Below are positions 29,198-37,252 of a stretch of DNA of 64,000 nt, in pieces. The notes below the pieces were generated by a model, which was not told the origin of the DNA, did not search any database, and worked only from the letters and a program-made list of their open reading frames with translations. This DNA is from Myxococcota bacterium (GTDB taxonomy: Bacteria; Myxococcota_A; UBA9160; UBA6930): positions 512,001 through 576,000 of the forward strand of contig OZ245015.1 in the NCBI GenBank assembly GCA_965223705.1. The letters are read 5' to 3'. How positions within the stretch are numbered: the stretch's first letter is position 1; each line of letters opens with the position of its first letter. A program made the position numbers and the translations under genes.

Positions 29198-29254
29198 GGC
29201 GGGAAGAGTAGGCGCACAACGAGGTGGGCGTCCGGCCGCTGCTACCCTTGCCGC

Positions 29255-29806
29255 GTGTCCGACTCCCTCGCGCCCGCGTTCCTCGTCGCCATGCCCCAGC
29301 TCATGGACCCGAACTTTCGGGGCACCGTCGTCCTCGTGACGGAACATGACGAGAGCGGCAGCTTCGGGCTCGTCTTGAACCGGCCGACGGATCTCGCGAT
29401 GGAATCCCTGTGCGAGAACCTCGACATGGTCTGGGGAGGTCCATCGGACGCCACGGTGAATTGGGGAGGACCGGTGTCGCCCGATCACGGTTGGGTGCTC
29501 GTCGGAACCGCGGGAGCGGAATCCCTCTCCCTGGTCGATGTCGTTCCCGGGTTGCGCTTCACCAGTGCCCCGGACGATCTGCGACAACTCGCCGAGTCGC
29601 CGCCGGAGCAGATGCGCGTGTTTCTGGGCTTCGCCGGATGGGGACCGGGTCAGTTGGCACAGGAAATCGCCGCCGGCGCCTGGTTGGTCGCACCGGTATC
29701 GCCCGAAATCATTTTCGAGACCCCCGAAGGTCGCGCCTGGGAACGCGTGCTTCTCGACATGGGGATCAACCCGGCGATGTTGATATCGACCCAGGGGATC
29801 AACTAG
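29255..29806 (+). CDS. YqgE/AlgH family protein (UPF0301)
   Basis: LVAMPQLMDPNF, GLVLNRP, GGPV, GFAGWGPGQL..EI...W. Confidence 0.92.
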   Translation: MSDSLAPAFLVAMPQLMDPNFRGTVVLVTEHDESGSFGLVLNRPTDLAMESLCENLDMVWGGPSDATVNWGGPVSPDHGWVLVGTAGAESLSLVDVVPGLRFTSAPDDLRQLAESPPEQMRVFLGFAGWGPGQLAQEIAAGAWLVAPVSPEIIFETPEGRAWERVLLDMGINPAMLISTQGIN

Positions 29807-29842
29807 TAGTACCGGTCAGCGCATGTCACGAAGGGAAATCGC

Positions 29843-30949
29843 ATGAAGGTGAAAGCAGCCGTAGCCGTCGAGGCGGCGAAGCCGCTCGAGATCGCAGAGA
29901 TCGACCTCGAAGGCCCGAAAGACGGAGAATGTCTCGTCCGACTCGCCGCCACCGGGGTGTGTCACACCGACGCCTTTACCCTTTCCGGGAGCGATCCCGA
30001 GGGACTCTTTCCCGCCGTGCTCGGTCACGAGGGCGCGGGGGTCGTCGAAGAAGTCGGTCCGTCGGTGCGCTCTCTCGAGCCAGGGGACCATGTGATCCCG
30101 CTGTACATTCCCGAATGCCGCGAGTGCAAGTTCTGCCTTTCGGGGAAGACGAACTTGTGCGGTCGCCTGCGCGAGACCCAAGGGCAGGGCCTCATGCCCG
30201 ACGGAACCAGCCGGTTGTCGTGGAACGGGCGTCCGGTCCACCACTACATGGGCACCTCGACGTTCGCCGAGTACACCGTCGTGCCGGAAATCGCCTTGGC
30301 CAAGGTGCGCAAAGACGCACCCCTCGACAAAGTGTGCCTGCTCGGTTGTGGGGTGACGACGGGCATCGGCGCTGTGCTCAACACGGCGAAGGCCGAGCCC
30401 GGCTGCTCGATCGCCGTCTTCGGACTCGGGGGCATCGGTCTTTCGGTGCTGCAAGGGGCGGGGATGGCGGGCGCGGAGCGCGTGATCGCGGTGGACACCA
30501 ATCCGAAGAAGTTCGAGCTCGCGCGCCAGTTCGGGGCGACGGATTGCATCAATCCGAACGATGTCGACGACGTCGCCGAAGCGATCATCGAGATGACCGA
30601 CGGGGGTGTCGACTACTCCTTCGAGTGCATCGGCAATGTGGAAGTCATGGGCCAGGCCCTGTGGTGCACCCACAAGGGGTGGGGACAGTCCATCATCATC
30701 GGCGTCGCCGGAGCGGGCCAGGAGATCCACGCCCGCCCGTTCTTGCTCGTGACGGGTCGCTCTTGGCGCGGAACGGCCTTCGGCGGGACGAAGGGCCGCA
30801 CGCAGCTTCCGCAGCTGGTCGACCGCTACATGTCCGGCCGCGTCAAGCTCGACGAGATGGTGAGTGCCACGCTCCCCCTCGAAGACATCAATCGGGCATT
30901 CGACCTCATGCACGAGGGCGAGGTCATCCGCAGCGTGATCACGTACTAG
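29843..30949 (+). CDS. frmA: S-(hydroxymethyl)glutathione dehydrogenase / class III alcohol dehydrogenase
   Basis: [50 protein letters not shown]. Confidence 0.96.
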   Translation: MKVKAAVAVEAAKPLEIAEIDLEGPKDGECLVRLAATGVCHTDAFTLSGSDPEGLFPAVLGHEGAGVVEEVGPSVRSLEPGDHVIPLYIPECRECKFCLSGKTNLCGRLRETQGQGLMPDGTSRLSWNGRPVHHYMGTSTFAEYTVVPEIALAKVRKDAPLDKVCLLGCGVTTGIGAVLNTAKAEPGCSIAVFGLGGIGLSVLQGAGMAGAERVIAVDTNPKKFELARQFGATDCINPNDVDDVAEAIIEMTDGGVDYSFECIGNVEVMGQALWCTHKGWGQSIIIGVAGAGQEIHARPFLLVTGRSWRGTAFGGTKGRTQLPQLVDRYMSGRVKLDEMVSATLPLEDINRAFDLMHEGEVIRSVITY

Positions 30950-31683
30950 AGCTCCGAGAAGAGCAGGCGGATGGCGATCACCGTGAGGACGCCTCGGTAG
31001 AGGCGATCGAACCACCGTTCGTTGACGCGGTCGAGGATCTTGGTCCCGACGAAGCTACCGAGTACGACGCACACCGACAGCGCGACGAGTGGGATCGCGA
31101 ACGCGAAGAACGCGAAGCCCGTCGCGCCGAACAAGACGATCTTGATGGCGTGACCCAACGCCTGGGTCGCCGCTTTCGTGCCGACCAGGGCGTGGCGTGA
31201 GAGGCCCGTGTTGAGGAAGAACGGGGCCGCGAAGGGTCCCGTCGCGCCGACCGTCATGTTGAGGAAGCCGACACAACCGCCGAGCGCGATGAAGCGTTTG
31301 CGGGGATCGATCGCCGACGGATCCATTCCCAGAAGTAGCCAACGCGGTCGCCACGTCGCGAGCAGGACGAAGACGCCGATCGCGATCCGCAGCGCGCTCG
31401 CGGGAAGCGCACCGCCCACGATGAGACCGACGATCGACGCCGGGAGCATGAGAACGGCGAAGTAACCGAGGATGTTCGGTGCGACGTGCTGCCGCTGAAA
31501 CCAAGCGCGCGACAGGTTCGAGACGAGTTGAATCACGCCGTGAAGAGGAAGGACGACCAGCGGTTCGAAAAACAGCAGCATCACCGCGAGCAGGGTGATA
31601 CCACCGGCGAGCCCGACGATCGCCGAGAGCATGGCTGTCGCGAAAGCGGCACCACACAAGATCGCCAGGGTCGCCGGCTCCAA
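30946..31683 (-). CDS. Sulfite exporter TauE/SafE family protein
   Basis: About 8 TM helices; G-rich GLAGG and VGATGP motifs. Confidence 0.82.
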   Translation of the reverse strand: MEPATLAILCGAAFATAMLSAIVGLAGGITLLAVMLLFFEPLVVLPLHGVIQLVSNLSRAWFQRQHVAPNILGYFAVLMLPASIVGLIVGGALPASALRIAIGVFVLLATWRPRWLLLGMDPSAIDPRKRFIALGGCVGFLNMTVGATGPFAAPFFLNTGLSRHALVGTKAATQALGHAIKIVLFGATGFAFFAFAIPLVALSVCVVLGSFVGTKILDRVNERWFDRLYRGVLTVIAIRLLFSEL

Positions 31684-31689
31684 GAGCGG

Positions 31690-33882
31690 CTAGGACTCGT
31701 CGGTTCGAGAGGCGACCCAGCCGAGAACCGAGCGGACGGAATCCGGATTTGGCAACAAGTGCCGCGCCCCGGTCACCGTCTCGGAAGTCCCGACGCGGAA
31801 CGTCATGGCCAGGCCCGAGAGAAAACGGAACGCGTCCTCGTCGGTCTGATCGTCGCCGATGTAGACGGCGCGAATCTGCTCCGACCAGGACGGGCCAAAG
31901 CGCTCGCGCAAGATATGAAGCACGGCGCGCCCCTTGTCCCAACCGATCGGCGGGCGCGCCTCCAAGGCGTCGTGGGCTTCGCGGGGCTGGTAGCCCGCCG
32001 CCGACATCGCTTCCCGCGCCTGGGCCAACAAGCCTTCGCGCGCTTCCTCGGGAACTTCGCGAACGTGGAAGGTCAGCGTCGGTCCCTTGGACTCCGTCCA
32101 GGCACCGTCGGTTTCGAGAGCCTTGAGGGTCGCGGCCAGTTCTTCCGCACGTCCTTGGTAATGGACGAGATCTTCATGTCGGAAACTCGTGATTCCCGGG
32201 CCTTCGATTTCGAGTCCGTGGTTTCCGGCGTAGATCACCTCCGACTCTCCGACCATGCGACGCACGTCGTGAAGCGAACGCCCGCTCACGATGGCGACTT
32301 CCGTGTCGTCGCGTTCGATGCAGCCGCGGAGCGATGTCCGGGTTTCTTCGCTCAATCGCGCACGGCTCGGGTGGTCCACCAGAGGCGTCAGCGTTCCGTC
32401 GTAGTCGAGGAACAAGATCAGCCGATAGCCGCGAATGAAATCCGAAAGCCAACTCGAGACTTCATCGTTCGTAACGGGGTGCAGCTGCTCGGTATTGACG
32501 GTCGCTTCCGAGAGGAACTTCCGCACCCAGGCTTCGACGTCGTCGCGCCGCTCACGGCGACGGAGGCCCCGCATCCGGGACGCGCGCTCTCCCTCCTCCA
32601 TCGACAGCGCGCGGTGGATCGCCTCAGCCGTCTCGTCGATGTTGTAAGGGTTCACCAACAGCGCCTCGCGCATGGTGGCTGCGGCCCCCGCGAGTTTTGA
32701 AAGAATGAGGACGCCGGGGTCGTTGACTTGGCAGGCGACGTACTCCTTCGCGACGAGATTCATTCCGTCCCGCAGCGGGGTGACGAGCGCGACCGAGGCG
32801 TCTCGATAGAGTGCCGCGAGACGCTCTCTCGACATCGATCGATACATGTATCGGATCGGCGACCAGTTCGCGGTGGCGAAGCGCCCGTTCACGCGGCCCA
32901 CCATTTCGTCGATTTCACGCTTGAGCGACCGATATTCTGCGACCTGAGCGCGGCTCGGAACGGCGAGTTGCAGGAACGTCACCTGCTCCCGATGTTCCGG
33001 GTGAAGCTCCATCAAGCGCTCGAAGGCGCGGATGCGATGCGGGATGCCTTTCGTGTAGTCGAGCCGATCGACACCGAGGACCACCTGCTCGCGTCGCGGC
33101 GCTCCGGGGTCGGTCTCACCGTAGGCCGTCTGTTCGAAATCTCGAAAACTGATTCCGATCGGGAACACGCCGATGCGCGCCGTTCGATTTCCGTATTCCA
33201 CGATGCGGCGCTTGCGGTCGACCCGGGCGCCGAGGCCTCGCTCGACGCAGTCCATGAAGTTCTGTGCGTAGCTCTCCACGTGAAAGCCGATCAGCTGGCA
33301 ACCGAGGAGCCCGGTCAGCAATTCCCCTTCCCAGGGGCACAGACGGAACAGGTCGTAGGGCGGAAACGGGACGTGGAGAAAGAAAGCGAGTCGCCGGTTC
33401 GGCGCGCGCTGCCGAACTTTCTCCGGGACGAGCATCAAGTGGTAGTCGTGGACCCAGACGAGATCGCCATCATCGGTGACGTCGTCGACGCGCTCGGCAA
33501 ACCGCGAATTCACGCGCTCATAGGTTCGCCAGTGTTGCCGCTCGAATCGGGCGAGTACCGGAAGGGAGTGAAGAAGCGGCCAGAGTGTCCCGTTCGAGAA
33601 GCCCTGGTAGTAGCGGTTGACTTCGGACTCCGACAGCGACACCGAAGCGATCCGGTACGGCAAGGTATTGGGGATTTCTTCGCCCGGGCGTTGCTCGATA
33701 CCGGGCCAACCGATCCAGGTTCCTCCGCGGGCGCGCAGCACCGGATCGAGCGCGCTGACGAGGCCGCCTGCCGAGGGAGTCACCACAGGGCCTCGCGGGC
33801 CACGCTGTACCGTAATTGGCAATCGGTTCGAGACGACGACGACCGACGCGTCGAGCTCGTTGGTTTTCGTTTCGTCGCTCAC
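31690..33882 (-). CDS. otsAB: Bifunctional trehalose-6-phosphate synthase/phosphatase
   Basis: GT20: SNRLP, GGLV, WVHDYHL, DRLDYTKG, RDGMNLVAKEY; HAD: FLDYDGTL, SGR, KG..GDD.TDED. Confidence 0.95.
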   Translation of the reverse strand: MSDETKTNELDASVVVVSNRLPITVQRGPRGPVVTPSAGGLVSALDPVLRARGGTWIGWPGIEQRPGEEIPNTLPYRIASVSLSESEVNRYYQGFSNGTLWPLLHSLPVLARFERQHWRTYERVNSRFAERVDDVTDDGDLVWVHDYHLMLVPEKVRQRAPNRRLAFFLHVPFPPYDLFRLCPWEGELLTGLLGCQLIGFHVESYAQNFMDCVERGLGARVDRKRRIVEYGNRTARIGVFPIGISFRDFEQTAYGETDPGAPRREQVVLGVDRLDYTKGIPHRIRAFERLMELHPEHREQVTFLQLAVPSRAQVAEYRSLKREIDEMVGRVNGRFATANWSPIRYMYRSMSRERLAALYRDASVALVTPLRDGMNLVAKEYVACQVNDPGVLILSKLAGAAATMREALLVNPYNIDETAEAIHRALSMEEGERASRMRGLRRRERRDDVEAWVRKFLSEATVNTEQLHPVTNDEVSSWLSDFIRGYRLILFLDYDGTLTPLVDHPSRARLSEETRTSLRGCIERDDTEVAIVSGRSLHDVRRMVGESEVIYAGNHGLEIEGPGITSFRHEDLVHYQGRAEELAATLKALETDGAWTESKGPTLTFHVREVPEEAREGLLAQAREAMSAAGYQPREAHDALEARPPIGWDKGRAVLHILRERFGPSWSEQIRAVYIGDDQTDEDAFRFLSGLAMTFRVGTSETVTGARHLLPNPDSVRSVLGWVASRTDES

Positions 33883-33924
33883 ATCGCCAGGGTAGCGATT
33901 GCCCGCCCGCGCGCTCAGCGAGCC

Positions 33925-34260
33925 TCAGCGTAAGAATGAGACCCCGAGGACGATCAACGCCAAACCCGCGATCGCGCGGAGAGGGACCGTCGCGTTGCCG
34001 ACGACCGCGGCGAAAAGGAAGGAGACCACGACGCCGATCGAGATGACTACGGCTACTGGAAAGCTCGAAGCGCGGGTCGCGAAAAAGAGCGCGACGCTGA
34101 ACCCCAGGTTCCCGAGCGCGATCAGTGCGAAGTTGAGCGGATCTCGAACCGGAGCGAGGAGCGCTTCCAGGGCGCTCTGTGCGTCACCGGCGCGCATCCC
34201 GAACCATGAGAACATGCTGTAGGCGAAGGCTGTGCAGCACACGGTCAGAACCCAGTTCAC
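33925..34260 (-). CDS. Small 4-TM membrane protein, DMT/SMR-like, coupled to pqqE
   Basis: 111 aa, four hydrophobic segments, C-terminal GLALIVLGV; GTGA overlap with the pqqE stop. Confidence 0.7.
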   Translation of the reverse strand: MNWVLTVCCTAFAYSMFSWFGMRAGDAQSALEALLAPVRDPLNFALIALGNLGFSVALFFATRASSFPVAVVISIGVVVSFLFAAVVGNATVPLRAIAGLALIVLGVSFLR

Positions 34261-35378
34261 GGGTTGACTTCGCTCTTGCCGCGGCCGCGCGCCGGCGCGC
34301 GGTAGACGAACGCATCGTCGGCCGGCTCGTCTCGCGCTTCGAGGATGATGCTCCGATGCGGCGACAAGGAGCAAGCGGGGTCCGTGGCCCTCGCATCGCC
34401 CGTGAGAGCGAAGGCCTGGCAGCGGCAACCGCCAAAATCGCGCTCGCGATCGGGGCAGCTGCGGCATGGTTCGCGCATCCAGTCTTCGCCTCGAAACGCG
34501 TTCATCCCCGGAGCTTCCGACCAGCATGCCGCGAGCGGGTGTTCGTTGACGGACCAGAATTCCAGCTCGGGCAGCTCGCTGGCATTGTGGCACGGCAGCA
34601 CTTGCCCATTCGGCGTGACGACCATCGTATTACGGCCCCAGCCGCCCATGCAGGGCTTGGGGCGATCGCTGTAATAGTCGGGGAGTACAAAAAGGATTTC
34701 GAGATTCGGATATTCGGGTCGCAGCTCGCGAACCGTCTTTGCCGCTTCCCGCAGTTGCGACTCACTCGGCAAGAGCGCCGCGCGGTTCTTGAGCGCCCAT
34801 CCGTGATATTGCGTGTTGGCGAGCTCGAGCCGATGCGCGCCGAACTCGTCGGCGAGCGCGATCACCTCCGCTACGTGATGCAGGTTCTGTCGATGGAGAA
34901 CGACGTTCAGGATGAGAGGCAGGTCGAGGGCCCGCGCCGCTTCGGCGAAGGCGCGTTTCTTGGGGAAGCTCTTCGCGCCGGCGATCCGGTCCGACTCGGC
35001 CGGATCGCTGTCCTGCACCGAAAGCTGCACACTGCACAGCCCTTGTTCTTTGAGGCCCGCAAGGCGCTCGTGATCGATCGGAAAGCCCGCCGTCACCAGG
35101 TGGGTGTAGAGCGATCGTGCAGACGCTTCCGCGACGATCGGTTCGAGGTCCGTACGCAGTGACGGCTCGCCGCCGGTCAAACCCACGTGTACGACGCCGA
35201 GCTCCGCCGCTTCTCGGAGAACGCGACACCAATCCTCGGTCGACAGCGCGGCGGGAAAGCGATCGAGCTCGAGTGGGTTCGAGCAGTACGGGCACCGGAG
35301 CGGACAGCGATACGTCAGCTCCGCGATCAAGTTGTAAGGACGTGTCGCGAGATCGCTCCCCTCGCTAGCCGAAGTCAC
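34257..35378 (-). CDS. pqqE: PQQ biosynthesis radical SAM/SPASM protein PqqE
   Basis: AELTYRCPLRCPYCSNP, ELANTQY.GWA..NR..LLP, PKPCMGGWG, LPCH, CRSC....DFGGCRCQAF. Confidence 0.96.
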   Translation of the reverse strand: MTSASEGSDLATRPYNLIAELTYRCPLRCPYCSNPLELDRFPAALSTEDWCRVLREAAELGVVHVGLTGGEPSLRTDLEPIVAEASARSLYTHLVTAGFPIDHERLAGLKEQGLCSVQLSVQDSDPAESDRIAGAKSFPKKRAFAEAARALDLPLILNVVLHRQNLHHVAEVIALADEFGAHRLELANTQYHGWALKNRAALLPSESQLREAAKTVRELRPEYPNLEILFVLPDYYSDRPKPCMGGWGRNTMVVTPNGQVLPCHNASELPELEFWSVNEHPLAACWSEAPGMNAFRGEDWMREPCRSCPDRERDFGGCRCQAFALTGDARATDPACSLSPHRSIILEARDEPADDAFVYRAPARGRGKSEVNP

Positions 35379-36289
35379 GCTGCGAACTCGAGTGCGCCGG
35401 CGTCCATCGTACCCTCGAGGAATGCGTAGACATCGTCTTCCACGCCTTCCGCATGGGGATGTCGCTCTCGGCAGGCCGAAGCAATCGCGTTGATGGTGCG
35501 CTCCCCGTCGCACAGTTCGATCACGAACCGTCCGGTGGGGTTCATTTCGATCGCGCGTTCGGGCAGGACGATCATGTTGTCAGGCTCCCGCAACCGGGCG
35601 CGAGACACCAACCGCGGCTTCTTGTGTGCCCACTCGACGGCATCGAGGAGGTCCCAGAGAATTTCGCACTTCCGTGTGAGGGCGGCGATGCAGGCCGCTT
35701 GATCGGCCTCGCTCACCGCGTGCAGGGCGACGTAGGCCAAGCCTTCTCGAGCGTCCCGCGGTGCCTGTTCGGTCCGACTTCGGAAGTAGTCGAGGGCTTC
35801 GGGGGCGATCCAGTCGTAGTGGGCCTCGAACGCTTGGATCCGTTTGCCCATCAGGATTCCCGCGTACATCTCGGTCAGCGACGATGCGACACTCTCGAGA
35901 AGTTCGTGACTGTTGACGAATGCGACGTACGCGTCGCAAGCGCGCCGTACGCCAGGAAGAACGTTGCGCAGCGATTCTACTTCTTCGCGATCGAGGCCGA
36001 CGCCATCGCCGAGTCGCAACCAAAGCTCGAGCCCGCCCGCCTTCGTTTCGTCTCCGTCGTGATCCCGTACGCGACGAACCCAATTGCGCCGAAACCCCGG
36101 ATCATCCGTTTTCGTCAGGATGGCGCTGTCCTTCATCGGAATCCGCGTCTGGTAGTAGTAGCGGTTCCGAATCCACGTGCGGAGTTCTTCACGGGTCAGC
36201 GTTCCCTCGTGCATCCGCACGTTGAACGGATGGCGGTGGTGGTAGCGCTCGTCGAGGAGCTTCCGAAGGCGAGCCTCGATGTCGCTCAT
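35375..36289 (-). CDS. pqqC: PqqC-PqqD fusion
   Basis: YHHRHPF, NRYYYQ..IP.KD, DHDG, SSLTE, QAPRD, KC.ILW; C-terminal ~80-aa PqqD-like domain (VLPERAIEMNPTG..VIELCDG.RT). Confidence 0.92.
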   Translation of the reverse strand: MSDIEARLRKLLDERYHHRHPFNVRMHEGTLTREELRTWIRNRYYYQTRIPMKDSAILTKTDDPGFRRNWVRRVRDHDGDETKAGGLELWLRLGDGVGLDREEVESLRNVLPGVRRACDAYVAFVNSHELLESVASSLTEMYAGILMGKRIQAFEAHYDWIAPEALDYFRSRTEQAPRDAREGLAYVALHAVSEADQAACIAALTRKCEILWDLLDAVEWAHKKPRLVSRARLREPDNMIVLPERAIEMNPTGRFVIELCDGERTINAIASACRERHPHAEGVEDDVYAFLEGTMDAGALEFAA

Positions 36290-37209
36290 ACGACGAACTC
36301 CATCCCGTCGAAGGCGATTTCAACACCCGCACTTCGTACCGCCGCCGTCGCTTTCGAGTTCGCGTCGAGCATCGGATTCGTATTGTTCATGTGGATGTAG
36401 AGACTACGACCTTCGAACGACTGAAGCCTTACGAGGCTCCCATCGTCCCCGGAAACCGGTGCGTGCCCCATCTTGCGCGCCGCGTGAGCGTCGGGTCGCA
36501 GGGCGAGGAGTTCGGTTTCGGTAAAGAACGTCCCGTCGACGAAGCGACAGTCCGCTTGGCGCAGCTCTTCGACGGTGGCTTCGTCGTAGTCCTGGAGGCC
36601 TGGGGCGTACACGAGGCGCTTCCCGCTCCGCCGATCCGTGATTCGCAGACAGACCGTCGCCTCGGGGTGGTTCGTTTCAAGGGGCTGCAAGTAGATCGGA
36701 ACTTTCCCGGGGACGGGAAAAAAGCGTGCTTCGAGGTGCTCCGTTCGGTCGAGGAAAAACGGCTCGTCGATCTTGGCCTCGCCCCACGCGGGTTCGATGA
36801 GTTTGAAACACGCGTTGTGGGTGAGGACCGCATGGCGCGTCCAAGGCGTCGAGATCACGCGATAGGGAAGCGACTCGCGAAGGATCAGCAAGCCGATCGT
36901 GTGGTCGAGATCCGGGTTGGTCACGCACACCGTGTCGAGGGGGATATCGCGTGTGCCCGGCCGTGGGTGTAGGCCGGGGAATTTCGCGAACTGATCGCGG
37001 ATATCCGGGCTGGCGTTGATGACGGACCAGCGGACGCCGTCGGCCGAAACGGCGATCGAGGGCTGACTTCTCGGGGGAACCGATTGGTCGCCGCGCCGCG
37101 CCCGGACCGAATGTTCGCCGCCGCAATTCCACTGGGGAAGGCCGCCGCCGGCCGCCGAGCCCAGCACCCGGACATGAAACGCTTGGTTTTTGGCGTCTTC
37201 GCTCTGCAT
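36286..37209 (-). CDS. pqqB: PQQ biosynthesis protein PqqB
   Basis: VLGSAAGGGLPQWNC, NASPDIR.Q, DH..GL..LRE, DGTF, MGH, IHMNNTNP, DGME. Confidence 0.93.
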   Translation of the reverse strand: MQSEDAKNQAFHVRVLGSAAGGGLPQWNCGGEHSVRARRGDQSVPPRSQPSIAVSADGVRWSVINASPDIRDQFAKFPGLHPRPGTRDIPLDTVCVTNPDLDHTIGLLILRESLPYRVISTPWTRHAVLTHNACFKLIEPAWGEAKIDEPFFLDRTEHLEARFFPVPGKVPIYLQPLETNHPEATVCLRITDRRSGKRLVYAPGLQDYDEATVEELRQADCRFVDGTFFTETELLALRPDAHAARKMGHAPVSGDDGSLVRLQSFEGRSLYIHMNNTNPMLDANSKATAAVRSAGVEIAFDGMEFVV

Positions 37210-37252
37210 TCCGGGAGGATACCACCGGCGACCCGCGCCGGGAGACGCCGTT

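Noticed and set aside
27980..29254. Long N-terminal extension of the YqgE ORF
   Set aside because: Overlaps two real minus-strand genes; family similarity begins at GTG 29255
31690..33882. Fused trehalose synthase/phosphatase as a novelty
   Set aside because: TPS-TPP fusions are known in several prokaryotic lineages
35375..36289. PqqC-PqqD fusion as a novelty in itself
   Set aside because: PqqCD fusions are already known, e.g. in Methylobacterium; noted only as part of the operon
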